A stretch of DNA of 64,000 bases, from NCBI GenBank assembly GCA_937876775.1, contig CALEFA010000078.1, positions 8,441 to 72,440 of the forward strand, read 5' to 3'. Positions 50,036-59,894 of the stretch are shown here, one piece after another. The DNA is from an uncultured Rhodobiaceae bacterium (GTDB lineage Bacteria; Pseudomonadota; Alphaproteobacteria; RS24). The notes under the pieces are model-generated. The model saw only the letters and a program-made list of their open reading frames with translations, had not been told where the DNA came from and did not search any database. A program made the position numbers and the translations under genes. Within the stretch, counting starts at the first letter, position 1. Each line of letters begins with the position of its first letter.

Positions 50036-50509
50036 ATGTCCGATAATCTGCAACGCCGGTTAGATAGTGCCGGTCTTATTTTGCCAGACGCCAAGGCGCC
50101 GATTGGTGCCTATGTGCCCTATGTGCAAACCGGCAATCTGATTTTCATCTCTGGCCAAGGGCCGGTCAGTGCCAGTGGTGTGTCAATTACTGGTCGCTTG
50201 GGGCAAGAATTGGAAATTGAAGACGGTACGCGGGCGGCGCAAATGGCGGCATTGAATATTATCGCGCACCTCAACCAAGCCTTATCTGGCGATTTTTCGA
50301 GGCTGATAAAAATTGTCCGCCTGACTGGTTTTGTTAATGCGACACCAGAGTTTACCCATCACGCCGCCGTGTTAAACGGCGCCTCGGAGCTGATGGCTGA
50401 TTTGTTCGACGATAAGGGCCGCCATGCCCGTGCGGCGGTTGGCGTCGCCAGCCTGCCGATGAATTGGGCGGTCGAAATTGACGCCATTGTGGAGATTGCC
50501 CATGACTGA
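50036..50509 (+). CDS. RidA/YjgF-family protein
   Basis: ORF from 50027; ATG 50036 has better SD spacing (AGGA at 50024). 157 aa with the YjgF fold pattern ...GNLIFISGQ...R..VGV..LP....VEI. Confidence 0.85.
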   Translation: MSDNLQRRLDSAGLILPDAKAPIGAYVPYVQTGNLIFISGQGPVSASGVSITGRLGQELEIEDGTRAAQMAALNIIAHLNQALSGDFSRLIKIVRLTGFVNATPEFTHHAAVLNGASELMADLFDDKGRHARAAVGVASLPMNWAVEIDAIVEIAHD

Positions 50510-51677
50510 GTCATCGGCGCTTAATTTGCGCGTCGTCGCCAGCCTGTCCGCGATTAAGGCGGCCGATTGGGATCGATGCGCCAATCCGCCGGAGCTGGCC
50601 TATAATCCGTTTGTGAAACATGATTTTCTGTTAGCCATGGAAACAAGCGGCTCGGCCACTACCGAAACCGGCTGGCTCGGCCAACATTTGGCGCTTGAAG
50701 ATGGCAGCGGCCATGTGCTCGGAGTGATGCCGCTATATTTGAAGGATCACTCGCAAGGCGAATATATTTTTGACTATGGCTGGGCCGATGCGTTTTACCG
50801 TGCCGGTGGCGAATATTACCCGAAATTACTCAGTGCCATTCCATTTACACCAGCCGGAGGGCGGCGTCTGTTGGTGCCCCCGGGGCCGCATCAAGAGGCG
50901 CATGAAACCAATCTTTTGGCCGGTGCTTTGACGCTGATGGATAAGCTCAACGCGTCATCCTTGCATATGAATTTTCTGCCCGAGAAAGATTGGCAATGGT
51001 TGGGCGACAAAGGGTTTTTGCAACGCACGGATCAGCAGTTTCATTGGCATAATGACGGCTATCGCAGTTTCGACGAATTTCTCGACGCGCTGGCCTCGCG
51101 CAAACGCAAGAATTTGCGCAAAGAACGCGCCAAAGCGTTGGAAAATGACATTAGCGTCGACTGGCTGACCGGCGCCGATTTGACTGAAGAACATTGGGAT
51201 GAGTTTTTTCATTTCTACCTTGATACAGGTCAACGCAAATGGGGCACGCCTTATTTGACGCGCGAATTTTTCAGCTGTCTGCAGCAGACCATGGCCGATG
51301 ATGTTTTGCTGATTATGGCCAAGCGCGACGGACGGTATATTGCCGGCGCGCTGAATTTTATTGGCGGCGACACGCTCTATGGGCGCAATTGGGGCTGTTT
51401 GGAAGACCATCCATTCTTGCATTTTGAACTGTGCTATTATCAAGCCATTGATTTTGCCATTGAGCGCGGCTTGCAGCGGGTTGAGGCGGGTGCGCAAGGC
51501 GCCCACAAATTGGCTCGCGGTTACGCCCCACACCGAACCTATTCTGCGCACCATATTGCCCATGAGGGCTTGCGCGATGCGGTAAGAAACTATCTTGAAA
51601 GCGAACGGCGTTATGTGGACAATGATATTGAGCAATTGGCACAGCACACGCCATTTAAAGCCACTGAGCAAACATAA
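50502..51677 (+). CDS. FemAB-like/GNAT-fold protein (DUF482-type)
   Basis: ORF 50478..51677. ATG 50502 overlaps the previous stop by 8 nt. About 390 aa, with a conserved ...YGRNWG....FLHFE.CYYQ.I......G....E.GAQG.HK..RG pattern. Confidence 0.7.
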   Translation: MTESSALNLRVVASLSAIKAADWDRCANPPELAYNPFVKHDFLLAMETSGSATTETGWLGQHLALEDGSGHVLGVMPLYLKDHSQGEYIFDYGWADAFYRAGGEYYPKLLSAIPFTPAGGRRLLVPPGPHQEAHETNLLAGALTLMDKLNASSLHMNFLPEKDWQWLGDKGFLQRTDQQFHWHNDGYRSFDEFLDALASRKRKNLRKERAKALENDISVDWLTGADLTEEHWDEFFHFYLDTGQRKWGTPYLTREFFSCLQQTMADDVLLIMAKRDGRYIAGALNFIGGDTLYGRNWGCLEDHPFLHFELCYYQAIDFAIERGLQRVEAGAQGAHKLARGYAPHRTYSAHHIAHEGLRDAVRNYLESERRYVDNDIEQLAQHTPFKATEQT

Positions 51678-51688
51678 GGAAACCGGCG

Positions 51689-52135
51689 ATGAAACTAGAT
51701 GAAGCCTATGACGACAATAATATTTTCGCCAAAATTCTGCGCGGCGACTTGCCATCATTCAAAGTTTATGAGGATGAGCATACGTTGGCATTTATGGATA
51801 TTATGCCGCAAAGCCCGGGCCACGTGCTGGTGATTACCAAAACACCGGCGACTAATTTACTGACCATATCTGCTGAGGCGGCGCGGGCGGTGATGGAAAC
51901 CACTCATAAAATCGCCCCATCGATTCAAAAAGCCATGCAGGCGCCGGGCTTTATGCTGGTGCAATTAAATGGCTCAGAGGCCGGACAAACCGTTCCGCAT
52001 TTGCATATGCATATTTTGCCACGCACCGGAGGCATTGACATTGGATTCCATGCCCGCGATGTCGCCGACATGGATGAGCTGAAGGCGATTAGCGATAAAA
52101 TTTCCGCGCAAATTGCTGCCGATTTGGCTGACTAA
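51689..52135 (+). CDS. HIT-family (histidine triad) protein
   Basis: 148 aa with NIFAKILRG and the triad HLHMHILPR. Confidence 0.9.
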   Translation: MKLDEAYDDNNIFAKILRGDLPSFKVYEDEHTLAFMDIMPQSPGHVLVITKTPATNLLTISAEAARAVMETTHKIAPSIQKAMQAPGFMLVQLNGSEAGQTVPHLHMHILPRTGGIDIGFHARDVADMDELKAISDKISAQIAADLAD

Positions 52136-54435
52136 TTTACCTTTTCGTCAGTTTTACCTGAGCTTTTCTGGGATTGGCCATCGCTGAATTTGAAGGTCAG
52201 TTTACCGGCTTTATCGCGCCCAACATTGACCACACCACCGCTGGTCAATTTGCCAAACAGCAATTCCTCGGCCAACGGCTTTTTGATGTTCTCCTGAATA
52301 ATCCGCGCCAGAGGCCGCGCCCCCATTTGTGGGTCATAGCCTTGCTCAACCAACCATTTCATGGCTGGTTCGGAAATTTCAATAATCACATTGCGATCAG
52401 CCAATTGCATTTCAAGCTCAAGGATGAACTTCTCAACCACCCGCACCACGACCTCGGTTGGCAGGCTGTCAAATGGCACGACAGCGTCAAGGCGATTGCG
52501 GAACTCTGGCGTGAACATGCGGTTGATGGCTTCCGTGTCTTCGCCAACGCGGCGTTCACGACCAAAGCCAATCGGCTCTTTGGCCATGTCGGAGGCGCCG
52601 GCATTGGTGGTCATAATCAAAATCACATTGCGGAAATCAACCTTGCGGCCATTGGCATCAGTCAATGTACCGTGATCCATGACTTGCAGCAAAACATTGA
52701 ACAAATCTGGGTGAGCCTTCTCGATTTCATCGAGCAATAAAACGCAATGCGGATTTTGGTCAATACCGTCGGTCAATAAACCGCCCTGATCATAACCAAC
52801 ATAACCGGGAGGCGCACCAAGCAGACGCGACACTGTGTGGCGTTCCATATATTCCGACATATCAAAACGCAGCAACTCGACGCCCATCATCGAAGCCAAT
52901 TGGCGCGCCACTTCGGTTTTGCCAACGCCGGTAGGGCCAGAGAATAAGTAGCTACCAATCGGCTTATCCGGCTCACGCAATCCGGCGCGTGACAATTTAA
53001 TTGAGGCGGCCAGCGCATCAATGGCTTTATCCTGCCCAAACACCACACGTTTCAGCGACATATCGAGGCCGCGCAGTTTTTCTGTGTCGTCTTTGGACAC
53101 ATTCTTCGGTGGGATACGAGCCATGGTGGCCACAACATTTTCAATGTCTTTGACGCTCACCGTTTTCTTGCGTTTCGACGGCGGCAGAAGCATTTGCGCC
53201 GCGCCGACTTCGTCGATCACATCAATGGCTTTATCAGGCAACTTTCGATCCGCCATATAGCGGGCCGACAATTCAACTGCCGCTTTCAACGCATCATTGG
53301 TGTAGCGGATGCTGTGGAAATCCTCGAAATAGCTTTTCAGACCCTGCAAAATTTTAATCGTATCGGGCACGCTCGGCTCATTAACATCGATTTTTTGGAA
53401 CCGGCGAGCCAAAGCACGGTCTTTTTCAAAATGCTGACGGAACTCTTTATAAGTGGTCGAGCCCATGCAGCGCAGGCCACCGCTTTGCAATGCTGGTTTC
53501 AACAAATTGGAGGCATCCATGGCCCCGCCCGAAGTTGCGCCGGCACCTATGATGGTATGGATTTCATCAATAAAAAGAATGGCTTCTGGCATATCTTCAA
53601 GTTCTGACATGATTTGCTTGAGGCGTTCTTCAAAATCACCACGATAACGAGTGCCGGCCAATAACACGCCCATATCAAGGGAATAAATCACATTATCTTG
53701 CAACACATCAGGCACGTCGCCCTCAATGATTTTACGCGCCAAACCCTCTGCAATAGCGGTTTTACCAACGCCCGGATCGCCGACCAATAACGGGTTGTTT
53801 TTATTGCGACGGCACAAAATCTGAATCGCCCGCGACACTTCCTTGCTACGGCCAATCAAAGGGTCAACTTTGCCCTCTCGGGCTTTGTCATTCAGATTAA
53901 TGCAATAGGCGGCCAGCGCCTCGCCGTCGGCAACATGCACATCATCATCGTCAAAATTATCTGCCCCCTCAACGTGGCGCTCTTCGCTGCGCCCCGGGGT
54001 TTTGGCGACACCATGCGAGATGAAATTAACTGCGTCATAGCGGGTCATTTCCTGTTCTTGCAGAAAATAGGCGGCGTGGCTCTCGCGCTCGGCAAACATG
54101 GCGACCAGCACATTGGCGCCGGTCACTTCGTCGCGGCCCGATGATTGCACATGAATGACAGCGCGCTGAATAACCCGCTGGAAACCAGCCGTGGGCTTGC
54201 AGTCTTCGCCATCGTCGACAATCAAGCCGGTCAGCTCATTGTCGATATAGCCCACCAGATTGTCGCGCAACACCTCAATATTAACCCCACAGGCCTGCAT
54301 GACCGAGAGCGCCTCTGGGTCTTCAATGAGCGCCAAGAGCAAATGTTCCAGGGTCGAATACTCATGGTTTCGGTCATTGGCCAAAACCAACGCCCGATGC
54401 AGACCCTCTTCTAGTTGTTTTGAAAATGCTGGCAC
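52132..54435 (-). CDS. clpA: ATP-dependent Clp protease ATP-binding subunit ClpA
   Basis: ORF 52132..54495. GTG 54435 is preceded by AAGGAG at 6 nt. Two AAA+ modules ([16 protein letters not shown]) and an N-domain [10 protein letters not shown]. Confidence 0.95.
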   Translation of the reverse strand: MPAFSKQLEEGLHRALVLANDRNHEYSTLEHLLLALIEDPEALSVMQACGVNIEVLRDNLVGYIDNELTGLIVDDGEDCKPTAGFQRVIQRAVIHVQSSGRDEVTGANVLVAMFAERESHAAYFLQEQEMTRYDAVNFISHGVAKTPGRSEERHVEGADNFDDDDVHVADGEALAAYCINLNDKAREGKVDPLIGRSKEVSRAIQILCRRNKNNPLLVGDPGVGKTAIAEGLARKIIEGDVPDVLQDNVIYSLDMGVLLAGTRYRGDFEERLKQIMSELEDMPEAILFIDEIHTIIGAGATSGGAMDASNLLKPALQSGGLRCMGSTTYKEFRQHFEKDRALARRFQKIDVNEPSVPDTIKILQGLKSYFEDFHSIRYTNDALKAAVELSARYMADRKLPDKAIDVIDEVGAAQMLLPPSKRKKTVSVKDIENVVATMARIPPKNVSKDDTEKLRGLDMSLKRVVFGQDKAIDALAASIKLSRAGLREPDKPIGSYLFSGPTGVGKTEVARQLASMMGVELLRFDMSEYMERHTVSRLLGAPPGYVGYDQGGLLTDGIDQNPHCVLLLDEIEKAHPDLFNVLLQVMDHGTLTDANGRKVDFRNVILIMTTNAGASDMAKEPIGFGRERRVGEDTEAINRMFTPEFRNRLDAVVPFDSLPTEVVVRVVEKFILELEMQLADRNVIIEISEPAMKWLVEQGYDPQMGARPLARIIQENIKKPLAEELLFGKLTSGGVVNVGRDKAGKLTFKFSDGQSQKSSGKTDEKVN

Positions 54436-54457
54436 GGTGTGCTCCTTCGCTTGCTCA

Positions 54458-54859
54458 TCAATCTTTTTCCATTGTGCACTGCAGCGGATGGTCATGCTGC
54501 TGCGCTAAATCCATCACTTGCGTAACTTTGGTCTCGGCAACTTCATAGGTAAATACGCCACAGATACCGACACCATTTTGGTGCACATGCAGCATAACTT
54601 TGGTTGCATCTTCAGCACTTTTGGAGAAAAAACGCTGTAAGACATAAATGACGAATTCCATCGGCGTGTAGTCATCATTTAACAATAAGACTTTATACAT
54701 CGACGGTTTTTTGGTTTTTGTGCGGGTCAGCGTGACCGTGCCAGTACCAGTGCCGCCGGATTTACCGTCGTCATCTTGGTCGGGGCCGGCAAGCCGAGGC
54801 GGTATTTGCTGCGCAAACCCCATGCCTTTTGTATCCATCTCAATGCGTTTTATTGTCAT
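54458..54859 (-). CDS. clpS: ATP-dependent Clp protease adaptor ClpS
   Basis: Core [16 protein letters not shown] preceded by a low-complexity Gly/Thr/Lys N-terminal extension. Lies directly upstream of clpA. Confidence 0.9.
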   Translation of the reverse strand: MTIKRIEMDTKGMGFAQQIPPRLAGPDQDDDGKSGGTGTGTVTLTRTKTKKPSMYKVLLLNDDYTPMEFVIYVLQRFFSKSAEDATKVMLHVHQNGVGICGVFTYEVAETKVTQVMDLAQQHDHPLQCTMEKD

Positions 54860-54984
54860 AGGGTATTTTGGCCTTATTCTTTGGTTCGCTTCAAGAAAAA
54901 CTCGCGTGGTTGGGATGATTTCCTCTTTATAGATAGGGTGAATCGAGGCTCACACAAGGGCGCGCAGGCTTATTTTCGCAATCG

Positions 54985-55428
54985 TCAGGTGAAATCGCGC
55001 ATTAAAACGTCACGCGCCTCATTCAATTGCGCCGCCAACCAGTCGGTACCGCCTTGATCAGGATGGTTTTTGACAATCAGCGCTTTATAGGCTGCATCAA
55101 TGTCATCTGGCTGCGCCCCAACCTCTAGCCCCAAGACGTCAAGCGCTTGAGCGCGGCTCATTTGTCCAGACGGGCGCGGCGAGGTCGGCGGCTCTTGTGG
55201 CGGTTGGCTTGTTCGGGCCAAACGCAAAAGCCAAAAAACATAGGCGCCAATAGCAATCGCCAGCCCGATCCGACCGCTCATCAATAAAACAATCATGGCA
55301 AGCGCGCCGAATATGACAATCGCCGCAACCACTGTCGTGCGCAGCGTCGACACCGATAAACGGGTGACCAGTGACGCCAATAGCAAGCCGACCACTAAAG
55401 TGACGGTGCCAAGTAACAACATCCCCAT
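54985..55428 (-). CDS. membrane-anchored J-domain protein
   Basis: 147 aa. Three hydrophobic helices, a Pro-rich linker, then a C-terminal J domain (AQALDVLGL......ID.AYK.LI.KNHPDQGG). Its ATG overlaps the mipZ stop (TAATG). Confidence 0.8.
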   Translation of the reverse strand: MGMLLLGTVTLVVGLLLASLVTRLSVSTLRTTVVAAIVIFGALAMIVLLMSGRIGLAIAIGAYVFWLLRLARTSQPPQEPPTSPRPSGQMSRAQALDVLGLEVGAQPDDIDAAYKALIVKNHPDQGGTDWLAAQLNEARDVLMRDFT

Positions 55429-56282
55429 TAGCGCGCCTTATTGGGTAATTGCAGGGCCGCCAGTAAGGCTCTGACTTCGGCCCGCGCCGCGACATGCGAC
55501 ATGGTAAGACTGGCATTTGCTTCCTCATCGGTGAGGTCAAGCAAGGTAATGCCGGCCGGAAACATTTCACGAAACACCACCCGTTCCGACAGGCCGGACA
55601 CCTGCCGAAAGCCCAGCCGATGTGACAATTCATCCAACGCTTTTTCAATACGATTGCGGTTTTTAGCGTGAATATGGCTGGTTCGGTTGCGGATCACCAC
55701 CCAATCAATACTGGCACCATCGGAAGCCGCCCGCGCTTTGCGACACGACCACACCATTTCGGCATAGATGCTAGGTGCTTTAATCGCCAGACTATCGGGG
55801 TCGACGTGAGCCAAAAGGTCAAAATCGACAAAACTCTCATTGATCGGCGAAATTAATGTGTCTGCCGCCGCATGACCCAAACGCGACAAATGGCTGTCTG
55901 ACCCCGGGCAGTCAACCACCACAAAATCATGATTGGCCGATAAATGCGCCATGGCGTGAAGGAAGCTCTCTTTTTCAAGCTCTTCGCGCTGAGCGGTATC
56001 ATTTATGGCGAGCGGCTGTAAGACAATGTGTTCAGGCATGGTAATATTACGCCGCCCAACCCAGCTTTTGCGGTTTTCAATATAGCGGGTGAAAGAACGC
56101 TGGCGGATATCAAGGTCAAGCGAGCCAACAGAATATCCGGCCATTAACAAAGCTGTTGTTATGTGCATAGCTGTCGTGGTTTTGCCCGACCCGCCCTTTT
56201 CATTGCCAATCACAATAACATGCGCCCGCCCAGCTTTTGGCTGAGCGCCTGCACGGTTTTGAATGGTGATTTCTTGCTCCAC
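55428..56282 (-). CDS. mipZ: division-plane positioning ATPase MipZ
   Basis: GTG start after AAGGA. VIVIGNEKGGSGKTTTAMH, LDLDIRQRSF, INESFVDFDLL and WVVIRNR closely follow the MipZ pattern known from Caulobacter. Confidence 0.88.
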   Translation of the reverse strand: MEQEITIQNRAGAQPKAGRAHVIVIGNEKGGSGKTTTAMHITTALLMAGYSVGSLDLDIRQRSFTRYIENRKSWVGRRNITMPEHIVLQPLAINDTAQREELEKESFLHAMAHLSANHDFVVVDCPGSDSHLSRLGHAAADTLISPINESFVDFDLLAHVDPDSLAIKAPSIYAEMVWSCRKARAASDGASIDWVVIRNRTSHIHAKNRNRIEKALDELSHRLGFRQVSGLSERVVFREMFPAGITLLDLTDEEANASLTMSHVAARAEVRALLAALQLPNKAR

Positions 56283-56370
56283 AGTTCGTCCTTATGATGC
56301 GACAAAAGGAGTATAAACCCGATTCCGAATTTTGACTGCAATTTCGCTGTAAAATCTGTAGGATGCCGCC

Positions 56371-57168
56371 ATGTCTTTGAACGATAAAATTATTTTGATT
56401 ACTGGCGCCAATGGTGGGCTTGGGCGTGCCATGGCAAAAATGGCGGCTGACCGCGGTGCCCGCTTGGCTTTGGCCGAGCTGAATAGCGATAAAGCGGCTG
56501 CGGCTTTGGCGGCTTTGCCACCGGAACATCAAGCCCAAAGCCAAGCTTTTGCCGCTGATTTGCGCGATGAGCCGGCGATTGAGCGGATGATGCAGGAAAT
56601 TGTCGCACACTTTGGGCAGCTGGACGGGGTGGTGAATAATGCGGCCATGCTGGCGGCCGATGATGGCAATGCCGTCGACACGCCGTTGGACAGTTGGCAG
56701 GCGACACTCGATGTCAATTTGACGGGTGCCTTTCTGGTATACAAATACGCCCTGCCACAAATGTTGGCGCAGGGGCATGGTAGTTTGGTGACCATGTCGT
56801 CAGTGGTGGCTCATAGCGCCTCGGCGGTGCCACAAATCGCCTACACCACCAGCAAGGGGGCCTTGGAAGCCATGACCCGCGAAATTGCTATGACCTATGC
56901 TCGCGATAATATTCGCGCCAATTGCATTGCGCCGGGGCCGATTTTGACCGCGCGCACGGCGCATTATTTTGACACGCCCGAAAAATGGCAAAGCCGCCGC
57001 CAGCATATTCCAATGGGCCGCCTTGGTCGGCCAGAAGAAATTGCCGCCCTCGCCTGCTTTCTGTTGAGCGAGGAAGCTGGCTGGCAAACCGGTGGTGTGT
57101 ATCGCGCCGATGGGGGCATTGCCGCCTCTTATGTGGTCGATGACCGCAATGGCGCCCAAACCCCCTAG
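56371..57168 (+). CDS. SDR-family oxidoreductase (classical)
   Basis: TGANGGLG, NNAA and S...YTTSK motifs. Confidence 0.85.
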   Translation: MSLNDKIILITGANGGLGRAMAKMAADRGARLALAELNSDKAAAALAALPPEHQAQSQAFAADLRDEPAIERMMQEIVAHFGQLDGVVNNAAMLAADDGNAVDTPLDSWQATLDVNLTGAFLVYKYALPQMLAQGHGSLVTMSSVVAHSASAVPQIAYTTSKGALEAMTREIAMTYARDNIRANCIAPGPILTARTAHYFDTPEKWQSRRQHIPMGRLGRPEEIAALACFLLSEEAGWQTGGVYRADGGIAASYVVDDRNGAQTP

Positions 57169-57184
57169 TGCGGAGATAGTTTCA

Positions 57185-58567
57185 ATGGTCGACATTATTA
57201 GTCCCGTGGATGGGCGGATTTATGCGCAACGGGCTCTGGCTGGCGGCGAGGACATTGAAACCGCCCTAGCCAAAGCCGAAGCCGCGCAAGCCAAATGGGC
57301 CAGCACGGACATTGCCACGCGGCGACAATTGATTGCCGCCATGCTGGCCATTATCGACCCACAACGCGACGCCATAGGTGAGGAATTGGCTTGGCAAATG
57401 GGCCGCCCGGTGCGCTATGGTGGCAATGAAATCAACGGCTTTATTGAACGCGCCAGCCATATGGCGGAGATTGCCGAGAGCGCCTTGCAGCCTGTCGTGC
57501 CAAGCGAGAAATCTGGCTTCACCCGCTATATCGCCCGCCGCCCGCTTGGCGTTGTGTTTGTCATTGCGGCGTGGAATTATCCTTATTTAATCGCCGTCAA
57601 TTCGATTGTTCCAGCTTTAATGGCCGGCAATGCGGTGGTTCTGAAACATTCTGCCCAGACCATGTTATGCGCCGAGCGCATCTTGGCCGCTTTTCAACAA
57701 GCCGGTATTGACGACGGATTGCTGAGCGTTTTGCACCTTGACCATCAGCAAACCGCATCGGTCATCCAAGACCGGCGCATTGCGCATGTCAATTTTACCG
57801 GCTCAGTGGCTGGCGGGCGAGCCGTGCAACAGGCGGCGCGCGACCGTTTTATCGGCCTTGGTCTGGAATTGGGCGGCAAAGACCCAGCCTATGTAAGAGC
57901 CGACGCCGATGTGCAGCGTACGGCCGAGGAACTGGTCGATGGCAGTTTTTTCAATAGCGGGCAGTCGTGCTGCGGCATTGAACGGATTTATGCCGATGCC
58001 GCCGTCTATGATGATTTGATTGACGCCATGCGACAGGTGACGGGACACTATATTCTGGGCAATCCTCTGGACAGCGAAACCACATTGGGGCCGATGGTGC
58101 GCCCCAGCGCCGCGCGCTTTGTGCGCCAACAAATCAGCGAGGCCGAAATAGCCGGTGCCAGCGGTTTGATAAATGTTGCCGATTTTCCCGCCGATGATCC
58201 GGCGACCGCCTATATGGCGCCACAGATTTTGGTCGATGTGAACCATGATATGTCTGTGATGCGCGAGGAGAGCTTCGGGCCGGTTGTTGGCATTATGCCA
58301 GTACACTCTGACGCCGAAGCCATTGCGCTGATGAATGATAGCCCGTTCGGTTTGACTGCCTCAGTGTGGACGAAAGATCTCGCCGCCGGTGAAGCCATTG
58401 GCCAGCAGACGCAAACCGGCACATTTTTTATGAACCGCTGCGATTATCTCGACCCCGGGCTGGCTTGGACCGGCATTGGCGATACGGGGCGCGGCGCCAG
58501 CCTGTCGCAAATTGGCTACGAACAATTAACCCGACCGATGAGTTTTCACCTAAAGCATGAGCAGTAA
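57185..58567 (+). CDS. aldehyde dehydrogenase family protein
   Basis: ORF 57092..58567; ATG 57185 after GGAG. LELGGKDP, QSCCGIERIY and EESFGPVVGI. Confidence 0.85.
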   Translation: MVDIISPVDGRIYAQRALAGGEDIETALAKAEAAQAKWASTDIATRRQLIAAMLAIIDPQRDAIGEELAWQMGRPVRYGGNEINGFIERASHMAEIAESALQPVVPSEKSGFTRYIARRPLGVVFVIAAWNYPYLIAVNSIVPALMAGNAVVLKHSAQTMLCAERILAAFQQAGIDDGLLSVLHLDHQQTASVIQDRRIAHVNFTGSVAGGRAVQQAARDRFIGLGLELGGKDPAYVRADADVQRTAEELVDGSFFNSGQSCCGIERIYADAAVYDDLIDAMRQVTGHYILGNPLDSETTLGPMVRPSAARFVRQQISEAEIAGASGLINVADFPADDPATAYMAPQILVDVNHDMSVMREESFGPVVGIMPVHSDAEAIALMNDSPFGLTASVWTKDLAAGEAIGQQTQTGTFFMNRCDYLDPGLAWTGIGDTGRGASLSQIGYEQLTRPMSFHLKHEQ

Positions 58568-59404
58568 ATGAGTGAGATAAGAATAGTACGCACCATCCAT
58601 GATATGCGTGCGCAAGTGGCGGCATGGAAAGCCGAAGGATTGCGCGTCGGGCTGGTGCCAACCATGGGGGCGTTGCACGCAGGCCATCTATCGCTGGTTG
58701 ACCAAATTAGCCAAAAAGCCGATCGGATTATTGTTTCGATTTTTGTCAATCCAACACAATTTGCCGCTCATGAAGACCTCGACACCTATCCGCGCCAAGA
58801 AGCCCGTGACCTTGAAGCCCTCGCCGGCCATGCGGCTGATTGCGTCTATGCGCCACTGGCCCGTGAAGTCTACCCTCAAGAGTTTGCCACCGCCATTCAC
58901 ATGCAAGGGCCGGCTTTGGGGCTTGAAACCGACGACCGGCCGCATTTTTTTGGCGGCGTTGCCCTTGTGGTTGCTAAATTATTTACCCAAAGCCAAGCCG
59001 ATGTGGCGATTTTTGGCGAAAAAGACTACCAGCAATTATTGGTCATTCGACGGATGGCGCGCGACCTTGACTTGCCGGTTGAAATTCTCGGTGCGCCAAT
59101 TATCCGCGAGGCTGACGGCTTGGCTATGTCATCGCGCAATGCTTATCTCAATGCCGAACAAAGACAGGTTGCCGGCAAGCTGAGCGGTATTTTAGCCGAT
59201 TTGGCGGTGTCAGACCTGCCGATTGAAGAAGCTGAAAATGCCGCGCGTGAGCAGCTACTCGAGGCAGGCTTTACGCAAGTTGACTATGCCGCCTTGCGCG
59301 ATGGCGACAGCTTGCAAGCGATTGGCGCCGACAGCCAGCATCGGCGGGCCCTGATTGCGGCGCGTATTGATAACATTCGGTTGATTGACAATATGCCGGC
59401 TTAA
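58568..59404 (+). CDS. panC: pantoate--beta-alanine ligase
   Basis: 278 aa with PTMGALHAGHLSLV and FGEKDYQQ. Confidence 0.95.
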   Translation: MSEIRIVRTIHDMRAQVAAWKAEGLRVGLVPTMGALHAGHLSLVDQISQKADRIIVSIFVNPTQFAAHEDLDTYPRQEARDLEALAGHAADCVYAPLAREVYPQEFATAIHMQGPALGLETDDRPHFFGGVALVVAKLFTQSQADVAIFGEKDYQQLLVIRRMARDLDLPVEILGAPIIREADGLAMSSRNAYLNAEQRQVAGKLSGILADLAVSDLPIEEAENAAREQLLEAGFTQVDYAALRDGDSLQAIGADSQHRRALIAARIDNIRLIDNMPA

Positions 59405-59820
59405 AGCAGACCCATTTGCATTAATTCGCTGCGCAAATCTTCCGGCATGTCCTCATCGACCTCAATACCCTGCGGCATATCAATCGGTGCATCCGACGGT
59501 TGCAAATAACGCCAGCCCTGAAACGGACGTCGTGCCATCAGTCGGGTTTCGATCAGCGTTGGATCAAGAATCAAATGACAGCGACGGATGCCCTGATCAT
59601 CCACAAACTCCTCGACATCGAGGATTGATTGACGAACCCGGATTTGCCGTTTGATGACCCAATAAATCGACCCGCCTTCAAGCAAATCAGGCACACGTTT
59701 GGGCACCATGCGCGTGGTGTGGAAAATGCGCTTGAAGCGGCTTTGCAAATGCGTCTGCCAATTGACCAAATCGGAAATGTCATCGGCGCCGACGCATAAT
59801 TTTACAAGATGAATCGTCAT
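59401..59820 (-). CDS. DUF1489-type protein
   Basis: 139 aa with N-terminus MTIHLVKLCVG.....L..WQ. Convergent with panC, with overlapping stop codons (TTAA). Confidence 0.7.
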   Translation of the reverse strand: MTIHLVKLCVGADDISDLVNWQTHLQSRFKRIFHTTRMVPKRVPDLLEGGSIYWVIKRQIRVRQSILDVEEFVDDQGIRRCHLILDPTLIETRLMARRPFQGWRYLQPSDAPIDMPQGIEVDEDMPEDLRSELMQMGLL

Positions 59821-59894
59821 GCTTGAGATAATAGGGCACGCCGATGAGAAAGCCAGACGGTGGCGGCAAAAGCTGGGGGATTAATTGGCAAAAA

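Noticed and set aside
50955-51758. A 267-codon ORF antisense to the DUF482/GNAT-like gene and the HIT gene start. Similar long antisense ORFs lie at 33338-33976, 37331-37948, 56200-56778, 16279-16881, 18784-19374, 28798-29346, 24081-24608, 38491-38985 and 52174-52740.
   Set aside because: Each lies fully inside a gene with strong family motifs on the other strand. Their translations are low-complexity (Arg/Ala/Gly/His-rich) with no recognisable motifs and no SD. Long shadow ORFs are expected opposite GC-biased codons.
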